From the IMG/VR virus record IMGVR_UViG_3300025890_000010: 33,369 nucleotides of DNA. One strand, written 5' to 3'. The notes under the pieces are model-generated. The model searched no databases and was not told where the DNA came from. It was given only the letters and a program-made list of their open reading frames with translations. Made by a program: the position numbers and the translations under genes. Of the stretch, positions 1 to 7,006 are shown in pieces. This DNA comes from a virus. The stretch's first letter is position 1; every line of letters begins with the position of its first letter.

Positions 1-99
1 TTCTGCGATTTCTTGTAATGCTGTTTCAACAACGCCTGTCGCGTATTCTAATGCTTCTGTGTCAAGCGTGTGGAAGTGCGCAGGGTAGGGCCATTCTTT
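1..99. repeat. Terminal duplication: 1..99 is identical to 33271..33369 (circular-assembly overlap or terminal redundancy)
   Basis: Base-by-base comparison of both ends shows identity over all 99 bp. One minus-strand reading frame continues across the junction. Confidence 0.95.
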
Positions 100-747
100 C
101 TCTACGGCCATTAGCCCAAAATATTGAACTTCGACGCCTAAAAGCTTGGCACAAAGCAGATAATGCGCAGCTTGAAAGTGATACCCCAAGCGAAAAATGG
201 CCTTGCCAAAGTTCTTGGGATCAGCTTGGGCGGCTGTTTTCACGTCTCCCATAACTCTGAGCTTTGGCGAGTAAATATCGGGCCTACATTTCAGCAAGAG
301 ACCAGTGCTAGGATGTTCTACAAAGTAGCTATGCTCTACTTGCTTATCTTTTTGCTGTAGAAGCTTGCCGCAATGCTGATCGTTCATCAAGCCGCCTACA
401 ATCTCGCCATAATCAGCCTCAACGCCATGCACCATCCCCTTGACCATATCGTAGTCTTTGCGGGGCAGAACAACCTTGCCTTGCGCTTGGGCTAGTGCAT
501 CGAGTTCTTTGAAAGCTTTTGTTGCGCGTGACTTCTCATCTGAGACTAAAACATTGCCTAATTCATCTTCTAAAGCCATGCTATGAACGGCTGTTCCCAC
601 GTCTGCAACATGCTTGGCGAGGTTGAACTGATTATGCATCGCATGGAACGGTGACTTGGTGATCCATTGCTTTAAGAAAGAAGCGTTAACCCCTGTTTCT
701 GCATGATAATCTGCGTTTGTTATATCTTTGTATATGCCTTGTTTCAT
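1..747 (-). CDS. PD-(D/E)XK exonuclease (RecE/YqaJ-like), N-terminal 249 codons; the ORF runs off the left edge and is completed at 33193..33270
   Basis: Absent from the ORF track because it has no in-window stop. The ATG at 747 overlaps the methyltransferase stop (ATGA). All in-frame triplets from 747 down to 1 were checked and none is a stop. The translation starts MKQGIYKDITNADYHAETGVNASFLK and contains RPDIY, GDVKT (D-x-K) and FQAAHY (QxxxY) nuclease-type motifs. Confidence 0.8.
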   Translation of the reverse strand, partial: MKQGIYKDITNADYHAETGVNASFLKQWITKSPFHAMHNQFNLAKHVADVGTAVHSMALEDELGNVLVSDEKSRATKAFKELDALAQAQGKVVLPRKDYDMVKGMVHGVEADYGEIVGGLMNDQHCGKLLQQKDKQVEHSYFVEHPSTGLLLKCRPDIYSPKLRVMGDVKTAAQADPKNFGKAIFRLGYHFQAAHYLLCAKLLGVEVQYFGLMAVEKEWPYPAHFHTLDTEALEYATGVVETALQEIAE

Positions 748-1541
748 TGCTGCTCTTTCTCAAAAACCATTGCATCTTGCGTAGGTATTTGTTGTGTTTT
801 TTCATTGCTAATAAATAAATCGGGTTGCCGCGTAGCTTCATCAACGCGCTTGCAAGCTATCTCAAAATAATCAGGATCTAGCTCTATCCCTGTGCCTTGC
901 CTGCCAAGCTTTTGACACGCAACTAACGTTGTTCCGCTTCCTAAAAAAGGGTCTAAAATGGTTTGTGTTTCTGCTGTGAAGTCTTGCAAAATTTCAACTA
1001 ACAAACGCCAAGGTTTTTCTGTTGGATGCTTTCCATGCCTGTCGATTGCGTTAGTGTTGTGAATGTAAACACCGCGTTTACCACCGGCAAACCATTTTGC
1101 ATGACCGTTGCCATTCCAAGTAGTGATGAACGGTTCATAGCCTACTGCCGGCCCTTGTGCGTTTAGCTTTGGTAAGCAATCTGGTTTTACCCAAATACAA
1201 GTTGTTTTAAATTTTATTTTAGTATTATTAACAATTTCGGACCGCCAATTTCCAACCCCCTCTGCACTACAAAACGCTAGAAACCAACCGTTACAAAATG
1301 ACTCAATAAATTTAATAAGTTGTGGCCGTATTTTATCAACAGATTCAAAGTTAAGATTTTTTCGTCTTGCGCCACCATCTATTCGTCTTAATTTTGTATT
1401 CTCGTAATTTTTATGAAATATAGCCTCGTAAGGAGGATCGGTTACAACGGCGTCAAATCTGCCAAGCAAGGGCATGACTTTTAAGCAATCGCCTAAGATA
1501 AGCCTTTGGTTTCCTATTCTTTCTTCTTTTACGATAGCCAT
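744..1541 (-). CDS. DNA methyltransferase, N6-adenine/N4-cytosine type, beta-class motif order; orphan (no nuclease partner)
   Basis: DPPY catalytic motif near the N-terminus (VVTDPPYEA). AdoMet motif DPFLGSGTT near the C-terminus. 265 aa. Confidence 0.85.
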   Translation of the reverse strand: MAIVKEERIGNQRLILGDCLKVMPLLGRFDAVVTDPPYEAIFHKNYENTKLRRIDGGARRKNLNFESVDKIRPQLIKFIESFCNGWFLAFCSAEGVGNWRSEIVNNTKIKFKTTCIWVKPDCLPKLNAQGPAVGYEPFITTWNGNGHAKWFAGGKRGVYIHNTNAIDRHGKHPTEKPWRLLVEILQDFTAETQTILDPFLGSGTTLVACQKLGRQGTGIELDPDYFEIACKRVDEATRQPDLFISNEKTQQIPTQDAMVFEKEQQ

Positions 1542-1720
1542 GCAAATAGCCTCCGCAAAATGTATGACCTTGCAAAACTTAAGACAAAAAACGTTAAGGT
1601 GATTTCAGCAGCAACAACTGGATTAGGTTGAAAGCCCCATAGAGGGAACAGCCAATAAGTTGCAGCCCACGACACAAGCAAGCCAATAGTTGCATTACTA
1701 AATGCCTCTAAAGATGCCAT
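1529..1720 (-). CDS. Small two-TM membrane protein, unknown function
   Basis: The ATG at 1720 overlaps the RuvC stop (TGATG); the track start at 1723 is GTG. Two hydrophobic helices: IGLLVSWAATYWLFPLW and ITLTFFVLSFARSYIL. Confidence 0.55.
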   Translation of the reverse strand: MASLEAFSNATIGLLVSWAATYWLFPLWGFQPNPVVAAEITLTFFVLSFARSYILRRLFAWLS

Positions 1721-2190
1721 CACTCTACTGCCCTCGCATATGCAGCCATGAGCAACGCTTCGGCTCTGTGTTCATCTTTCTTGCGCTTTAGTTGGTCGCT
1801 TACTTTGGGAAACTGTTGGATTGCTAGGCGTCTTGCACCGTCTTTATCTGCCGGTATGTGCAACGCTTTTTTCCAACTTGCTGGCGTAACAATCTGGTGC
1901 TTGATGTTAAGCACGCCTACCGTTGACAGAATTTGACCGTAGCCCATACCAATTTTAAAGGCAGAGCTAACGCCTTGCTTCGGTCTTGCGCCTTGCTTCT
2001 CTATTATTAAGAAGTCGATCTGCGTGCTTTGCAGTATGTCTTTCAATTCGTGAGCGTTTAAGCCACCTTCTGCAAATGTAGGCAGATCATAGACTTGGCA
2101 CCAATCGCCACAGAGTAGGGCAACGCCACCAGTTTTGTAGCCAGGGTCGATGCCGCAATAGGTTCTATCTAGCCCCATTTTCGGCCTCAT
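1720..2190 (-). CDS. RuvC-like Holliday junction resolvase
   Basis: N-terminal CGIDPG motif, FLIIEKQ acidic motif, about 150 aa. An alternative start is at M5 (2178). Confidence 0.75.
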   Translation of the reverse strand: MRPKMGLDRTYCGIDPGYKTGGVALLCGDWCQVYDLPTFAEGGLNAHELKDILQSTQIDFLIIEKQGARPKQGVSSAFKIGMGYGQILSTVGVLNIKHQIVTPASWKKALHIPADKDGARRLAIQQFPKVSDQLKRKKDEHRAEALLMAAYARAVE

Positions 2191-2317
2191 AGCGGTGCTT
2201 TAATATTTGCTGAAGCAAGGACGCTACGCTGCGCCGATCCTCTTTTGCTTCGTTTTCAAGCTGTGTTTTTAAATGCCCATCAATTCTGACGAACAACGTA
2301 ACCTGTTGATTTTCCAT
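2165..2317 (-). CDS. 50-aa ribbon-helix-helix (Arc/CopG/MetJ-like) DNA-binding protein, hidden below the ORF-track size cutoff
   Basis: Manual translation gives MENQQVTLFVRIDGHLKTQLENEAKEDRRSVASLLQQILKHRYEAENGAR. It shows a beta-strand (VTLFVRID) followed by two helices. GAGAG lies 8 nt upstream of the ATG. The 3' end overlaps the RuvC start. It is the first gene of the leftward operon. Confidence 0.65.
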   Translation of the reverse strand: MENQQVTLFVRIDGHLKTQLENEAKEDRRSVASLLQQILKHRYEAENGAR

Positions 2318-2355
2318 GTAAAACTCTCGTGTTTGTCGTTTTATTGTAAAATACT

Positions 2356-2454
2356 GTATTTAGTACTTGTATAATGATAGCAGTTTGCTATATAGATAAA
2401 GGAGACAGTAACAACACAGGAGCAATACACAGATACTTTACAAGTACTAAATAC
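2356..2454. promoter_or_regulatory. Divergent control region with a perfect 16-bp inverted repeat (GTATTTAGTACTTGTA at 2356..2371; TACAAGTACTAAATAC at 2439..2454)
   Basis: Both arms were verified base by base. They lie between the leftward RHH gene (ATG 2317) and the rightward operon (ATG 2474). A TATAAT hexamer sits at 2370..2375 and TTTACA at 2437..2442. Confidence 0.6.
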
Positions 2455-2473
2455 TAGAAAAAAAGGAGAAACA

Positions 2474-2659
2474 ATGAAACACATTATTGATTACGACCAC
2501 GTTTGCAGGGTTTGCCAAGGCAAGCAACGCATCTTTAGGTGGGAGTATTCACCAACAACGGCCAAGCAAGTCTTGGTAGGTGAGGACTGTGATTATTGTG
2601 TAGGCGGTTATCGCGCTATCACGATAGGCAAGCGAAATAAAAATAGACATCAAGATTAA
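2474..2659 (+). CDS. Small zinc-ribbon protein (CxxC...CxxC)
   Basis: CRVC and CDYC pairs. AAGGAG RBS lies upstream of the ATG. First gene of the rightward operon. Confidence 0.6.
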   Translation: MKHIIDYDHVCRVCQGKQRIFRWEYSPTTAKQVLVGEDCDYCVGGYRAITIGKRNKNRHQD

Positions 2660-2694
2660 CATTCATATGCTAAAAAAAACTGGAGGAAATAGCC

Positions 2695-3423
2695 ATGAAG
2701 TATGGAGGCTTCATTTTTGGTGCGTCGGAAGATCACCAGAAACAGCAACGCATTGGGATTAGAGCATTAGCCAAAGCCCAAAGCGCAGAGGTTAAATGGT
2801 TTGTAGAAGAAGAGGGGCGTCAGAAGCGCGATACAGAGGACAGAGAGGAGCTACAAGCGTGCGCTAGGTATTGCCGCACCAACAACGCCACTTTCGCACT
2901 CAGTTCGCTCTCTGGATTCACCAAACGCAAATGGCAAGGCATGACGTGGCTCAAGCATCAGATCGAAATGCATGACATGACGTTTGCGATTGCAGATGAC
3001 CCAACAATGACAAAAGGGTCATTGCATGTGCTCAGTGCGGCAGCAGACATTCAACGCGCACGTATTGCAGAGAAAAGCAAAGCCGCGTTGGACAATATAA
3101 AACGCAAACTTGATGCCGGTGAGGAGGTGATTGCCAAACGCTCTGGCAAAAAGGTTGAGAAGCTAGGCACGCATAAACACATTAGAAAATCTGCAAAGCT
3201 AGGCAACAAAGCCCAAGCGGAAAGAGCCGCAGAACGTGATGCACAAGTCTGGCCTATGATAGAGCAATATCTTGCACAAGGGCTAGGCTACAATGCGATT
3301 GCAAGGCAACTCAACATTCAAGGAATACCCACGCCCAACGATAAGGCACGGTATAAAAGAGACACGCTAGGGGTTTGGTATGCCTCAACAGTTCGCAATA
3401 TTGTATTACGGAGGCAAAAATGA
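2695..3423 (+). CDS. Serine-recombinase-like protein (resolvase-type N-domain plus a recombinase-domain-like C-terminal HTH), possibly catalytically degenerate
   Basis: The N-terminus FIFGASEDHQKQQ resembles the YxRVSTxxQ motif but has G where Arg is expected. LHVLSAAADIQRARIAEKSKAAL resembles the E-helix. The C-terminus GYNAIARQLNIQGIPTP...WYASTVRNIVLRR resembles the recombinase domain. GGAGG RBS. Confidence 0.55.
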   Translation: MKYGGFIFGASEDHQKQQRIGIRALAKAQSAEVKWFVEEEGRQKRDTEDREELQACARYCRTNNATFALSSLSGFTKRKWQGMTWLKHQIEMHDMTFAIADDPTMTKGSLHVLSAAADIQRARIAEKSKAALDNIKRKLDAGEEVIAKRSGKKVEKLGTHKHIRKSAKLGNKAQAERAAERDAQVWPMIEQYLAQGLGYNAIARQLNIQGIPTPNDKARYKRDTLGVWYASTVRNIVLRRQK

Positions 3424-3911
3424 ATAAGCCAACAGATTTTATCAAGCATTCTAAAAATGAGTTAAGCATAGAAGAACACGCAAAATTTGATTTTCTAGAC
3501 GCTCAGGCCAAGTTCGAGCTCCAGCTATTTAAAGACCGCGAACGATGGATTAAAGAAAGCAGCATGAGCGCATACTTTCAGTCTACCAGAATTAAGGCCG
3601 CATTTGCACGACAGCTTATTCTTTCGGAGCATCGTCAGTTTGGTCAGACGGTAAAGATGATCGTCGTTTCGCTTGAAATACCAAGGGAGACGGTCAGTCG
3701 TATTGTGACGGAGTGTCACGCCGCTAACTACATCTATCGTAACCCTAACCCAGACTATCAGCGTTACTGGCTACCATCAGAAAAGCTAGTGGATGACATG
3801 GCAAAATACGCGGAATATATAGCTAAAACGTGGCTCGACAGCGGCTTTTACGAGAGCTCAAGTATCTACCCAGAGCTTCTTAAATACCTCGAAATGAAAC
3901 GAAAAGCGTAA
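3420..3911 (+). CDS. Putative winged-helix DNA-binding protein
   Basis: The ATG at 3420 overlaps the upstream stop (ATGA). The segment IPRETVSRIVTECHAANYIYR looks like an HTH recognition helix. Confidence 0.45.
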   Translation: MNKPTDFIKHSKNELSIEEHAKFDFLDAQAKFELQLFKDRERWIKESSMSAYFQSTRIKAAFARQLILSEHRQFGQTVKMIVVSLEIPRETVSRIVTECHAANYIYRNPNPDYQRYWLPSEKLVDDMAKYAEYIAKTWLDSGFYESSSIYPELLKYLEMKRKA

Positions 3912-3985
3912 TGTTATAAGGTGATGTTGCGTCACATTGTTTTATATTTTTGCCGTGTTAACTTAGATACAGGAGAAAGACAGCA

Positions 3986-4354
3986 ATGAGACATAAACGA
4001 CGCAAAAGCAATCCAACAGTCCTAAAGATGGGGATGGGATTAATGCGTTTCAAGAGACGGGTTGATATTCCCATGTGGCATGTAGATCATATCCAAAAGA
4101 CCGTTAACATTCTGCGTGAGTATGCAGATCGCATAGAATCTACGTTAGAGAGCAATTCTATGCGAAACTCAGACAAGACGTTGGCGGCTCAGTACATGAT
4201 CCAATCTATGAATACGGACATGGCTTGTATGACTCCAAAAGACCCCAGAGAACGTGGGGCAGAACGCGGTGGGTATAATCACGGCTACGGACGCGGTTAT
4301 CTCGATACAAACGGCTTTGACGAGTTGTTAGCGCGGGAAGATATGGATGACTAA
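3986..4354 (+). CDS. Hypothetical protein (basic N-terminus, acidic C-terminus)
   Basis: AGGAGA RBS 8 nt upstream. 122 aa ORF. Confidence 0.55.
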   Translation: MRHKRRKSNPTVLKMGMGLMRFKRRVDIPMWHVDHIQKTVNILREYADRIESTLESNSMRNSDKTLAAQYMIQSMNTDMACMTPKDPRERGAERGGYNHGYGRGYLDTNGFDELLAREDMDD

Positions 4355-4383
4355 ATACTACGTTTAGTAAGTACAAAAAAGTG

Positions 4384-4399
4384 TTTAGTACTTGGATAA
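4384..4399 (+). promoter_or_regulatory. Copy of the recurrent 16-mer (TTTAGTACTTGGATAA); a related half-site TTTAGTAAGTAC lies at 4363..4374
   Basis: Matches the motif at 2359, 10279, 11223 and 20862 (plus strand) and 2436 (inverted). It sits in the 62-bp gap inside the rightward operon. Confidence 0.5.
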
Positions 4400-4416
4400 A
4401 AAAAGAAAGGACTACA

Positions 4417-4683
4417 ATGTTTAGGCAACAAAAACATTATAGTGAAGTATTAGAGGGCAGTAGCAGTAGAACTTCACGTAATCAGACTAAGGAAAATGTA
4501 TATCGTTTTCGCATAATATATATTATCTCTCTATATACTATACGAACTAAAAACCAGTACAGACAGGTTAAACTGTACTGTCAGAACAGTCAAGTCTGTG
4601 GAATACTTGGGGATATCGTAGGAGGGCTTTCAGTATTTGCCCTCTTATTCCTTGCCCTTATCTTTGGGGGAGTTTTGCTATGA
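4417..4683 (+). CDS. Possible tail-anchored membrane protein (88 aa); coding status uncertain
   Basis: AAGGA lies 7 nt upstream of the ATG at 4417. The stop overlaps the next ATG (ATGA). The C-terminus has a TM-like stretch GILGDIVGGLSVFALLFLALIFGGVLL. The middle is AT-rich with odd composition and hairpins. Confidence 0.4.
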   Translation: MFRQQKHYSEVLEGSSSRTSRNQTKENVYRFRIIYIISLYTIRTKNQYRQVKLYCQNSQVCGILGDIVGGLSVFALLFLALIFGGVLL

Positions 4684-4949
4684 ACGTTATAAAAGTAAAA
4701 TTCCGCAAAGAAGATGAAGAAGCAACGCTACGGCCAGACTTTGAAGACAGCATGATTGATCTTGCTGAAAACCTCGCAATTTGTATGGCAGAAATACGCA
4801 AGTGGGAAGGATTTAAGCTTGCGGCAGCTTCCGCTTTAAGTGAGGGCATGGACCTTTTAGATATTGCAGAACTGCAAACTGAAAACCATGTCTTTAAAAT
4901 TAGCAATGGAGAGCTTGAAGTAGATTTTTACAAGGGCAGTGTGCATTAA
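4680..4949 (+). CDS. Hypothetical acidic protein
   Basis: 89 aa. Translationally coupled at both ends. Confidence 0.55.
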   Translation: MNVIKVKFRKEDEEATLRPDFEDSMIDLAENLAICMAEIRKWEGFKLAAASALSEGMDLLDIAELQTENHVFKISNGELEVDFYKGSVH

Positions 4950-5200
4950 TGAGACACCCACTTTCCCCTGTGCAAAAAGAAATCTATGACTTTATCGTTG
5001 ATTTTTACAAGCAGAATGACAACGTAAACCCTTCACTTCGCATTATTGCAGACGGTCAAATCAACGGTAAGCAAGTCATTAAAAAACGTGTGAACCGTGA
5101 AAACATCAGACGCAGAATAAAAACGCTTTGCGAGAAGGATTACTTAGAAGAACGCTTTTTTCGCAACGTTGCTTACTGGGTGCCAAAAGATGTCGGGTGA
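4949..5200 (+). CDS. LexA-N-terminal-like winged-helix DNA-binding protein
   Basis: LSPVQKEIYDFIVDFYKQN...SLRIIA...RRIKTLCEKDYL resembles the LexA DNA-binding domain layout. The start overlaps the upstream stop (TAATG). Confidence 0.5.
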   Translation: MRHPLSPVQKEIYDFIVDFYKQNDNVNPSLRIIADGQINGKQVIKKRVNRENIRRRIKTLCEKDYLEERFFRNVAYWVPKDVG

Positions 5201-5489
5201 GGAAGAAGGTGAAGCACCCGAAAGCCTTTCAGCAATAGACTTGATGTTAGCAATGGCACAAGTTGAAAACCGAGCAATGCATAGGCTGTTTGGCGGTAGG
5301 CGAACTAAAGTAAGTCAGCCGGTGGATCGAAACAAAAAGCTGAAGCTTACGACAAAAGCACGGATGGTTAATCGGATGCTCCATATGGATATGACTGACA
5401 CGCAAATAGCAAACGTGTTGGACACTACCAGGCAGTCTGTTAGCCAGATTAGATCACGCTATGATTTACCTCGAAAGTCAGAGCTATGA
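5190..5489 (+). CDS. HTH protein (C-terminal helix-turn-helix)
   Basis: DTQIANVLDTTRQSVSQIRSRY is HTH-like. The start was chosen at the ATG at 5190; the track start at 5169 is also possible. Confidence 0.45.
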   Translation: MSGEEEGEAPESLSAIDLMLAMAQVENRAMHRLFGGRRTKVSQPVDRNKKLKLTTKARMVNRMLHMDMTDTQIANVLDTTRQSVSQIRSRYDLPRKSEL

Positions 5490-5719
5490 TTACATATTAT
5501 ACCGCGCTTGTTTTGGGCTACACGCTGCAAAAAGAGCCTGTCACTGTCACGTTTTGGTTAAACAGTTATGACCAATGTTTAGACGCAATGGATAGCATGG
5601 AAGACATGTATGATTTTCTTGCTGATCATGTAAGCGACAATCGTATTTTTATGATCTGCGATAAATCAAACGTCAAAAGCAATGATCTGGTTAAACCAAG
5701 GCTACGGCCTAATAGTTAA
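5486..5719 (+). CDS. Hypothetical small acidic protein
   Basis: 77 aa. ATGA overlap with the upstream gene. Confidence 0.5.
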   Translation: MITYYTALVLGYTLQKEPVTVTFWLNSYDQCLDAMDSMEDMYDFLADHVSDNRIFMICDKSNVKSNDLVKPRLRPNS

Positions 5720-5731
5720 AGGGAGTAAAAA

Positions 5732-6079
5732 ATGAAGTGGCGAATAGATAACAAAGAAAAGTTATTAATTCTTGATGAAAATTACGAAATAGATTTTGAC
5801 CGATTAGGTGAGACTGATTGGTTTGGTCATTTAGCTTCAAAAAATTGGGTTGATATGGATGAGCTATTCAGCGCTTTTGTCAGCGCATTTAGAGCGGCAG
5901 AGTTACCCTTAACTAAGGACTTCTTTGCTAAATTTAAACTGGCGTATCTGCGAAATGTCGATGATAAATTTTACGATTTAATACTGAACTTACGTTACGC
6001 AAACGATGAGCGGATACTTTTTAGAAAAGTCAGCGAGTTAAAATCAGAACAAGAATTAATAAAAGAAATCGTCGCTTAA
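5732..6079 (+). CDS. Hypothetical protein, low-GC terminal gene of the early operon
   Basis: GGGAG RBS. 115 aa. Spot counts of the first 120 nt give about 31 percent GC, against roughly 45-50 percent in structural genes. Confidence 0.6.
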   Translation: MKWRIDNKEKLLILDENYEIDFDRLGETDWFGHLASKNWVDMDELFSAFVSAFRAAELPLTKDFFAKFKLAYLRNVDDKFYDLILNLRYANDERILFRKVSELKSEQELIKEIVA

Positions 6080-6175
6080 AATTATGGTAAGCTATGAGTG
6101 CCGGGTTTTATCGCAATACCCTAACCATAGCAGTCTAGGTTTTCTTTGATATAGTAGAAAATGACTAGACACTAA

Positions 6176-6199
6176 GGGAGGTTGCAGCCTCCCTTTTTT
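6176..6199 (+). terminator. Rho-independent terminator at the convergence of the rightward operon and the late operon
   Basis: GGGAGG-TTGCAG-CCTCCC followed by TTTTTT. It lies directly after the endolysin stop on the other strand, where the stem is followed by UUAGUGU. Confidence 0.8.
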
Positions 6200-6740
6200 A
6201 TACAATAGACAAGGCGAGCTCTAAGGTTTCTTTATTACGCCTTGTCCAACCCTTCCCATAATGCTGGAAGTCATCTAAACCCTCATAAAACTTCTGCCGG
6301 CCATAATAGTAATTATCCAAAACTTCTTTCGGATCACGATCATGCACGGCGGCAATAGTCATTTTACCAATAGCCCCGTCCACAGTAAGCCCACCAGTAG
6401 CCTTTTGCAGTATTTTGGCAGCTCTACTCGGCCCGGCGTTCACACACATGTCAGCGGTGCTTATATCGACTCCTGACGGCAAGTTGTCAGCTTTAACTAC
6501 GTCCCAATAGTTTTTCTTGTACAAGGGCTTCACGTCTTCCTCGGTCAACGCCTTCATAACCTCAATTGGGGCTGGCTTCCCGGTATACTCTGCCCACGTC
6601 CAGGCAGTGACGCCCAACATCGTTGAGCCCTTGTTTCCGTGGCCGTCACCCTTGGCATTTCCGTTGTCACGTTCGTCGTCTGTGAAGCCTCCCTCATGCT
6701 TTATGAGCATCTTAAAAAACATGTACCAATTTTCTTTCAT
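6198..6740 (-). CDS. Endolysin, GH108-like lysozyme with a PG_binding_3-like C-terminal domain
   Basis: LIKHEGGFTDD...GVT N-terminal motif. C-terminus LQKATGGLTVDGAIGKMTIAAV...GKGWTRR. Start moved to the ATG at 6740 (GGAG RBS, TAATG overlap with the upstream stop). Confidence 0.8.
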   Translation of the reverse strand: MKENWYMFFKMLIKHEGGFTDDERDNGNAKGDGHGNKGSTMLGVTAWTWAEYTGKPAPIEVMKALTEEDVKPLYKKNYWDVVKADNLPSGVDISTADMCVNAGPSRAAKILQKATGGLTVDGAIGKMTIAAVHDRDPKEVLDNYYYGRQKFYEGLDDFQHYGKGWTRRNKETLELALSIV

Positions 6741-7006
6741 TACTCTGTCTCCACTTCCTTGGTTCCCCATTGTCTTTGGTAGCCGTCGGCGTCATACGCG
6801 GCCCCCCATTTATTCTCCGTAAATTCAGCGAATTTTATGAGAGCCTCGGTGTCGGCGTAAAGTTGGTCGATCCAGCCGTTGTTTTCTTCGACCTGAGCTT
6901 CTAAATGGTAAAGTTTGTGCATTTGCGAGCTGACCCACCACACGCCAGCCACAGTCTGCAACAGTATTGCCCCCACGAGCACAATTGGAATTTTGAGATC
7001 ACTCAT
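6740..7006 (-). CDS. Type-II membrane protein with a coiled-coil periplasmic part; i-spanin (Rz-like) candidate
   Basis: Start MSDLKIP at 7006 (TAATG overlap). N-terminal TM IPIVLVGAILLQTVAGVWWV, then a helical region. Located between the holin candidate and the endolysin. Confidence 0.4.
   Translation of the reverse strand: MSDLKIPIVLVGAILLQTVAGVWWVSSQMHKLYHLEAQVEENNGWIDQLYADTEALIKFAEFTENKWGAAYDADGYQRQWGTKEVETE

Noticed and set aside
18-360. Plus-strand ORFs 18..254 and 163..360
   Set aside because: They lie antisense to a continuous, motif-bearing minus-strand exonuclease frame (1..747). They have no RBS and an odd composition.
6740-7006. Embedded o-spanin in an alternative frame of the Rz-like gene
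   Set aside because: Both alternative frames were translated. Neither has an ATG-initiated ORF with a lipobox.
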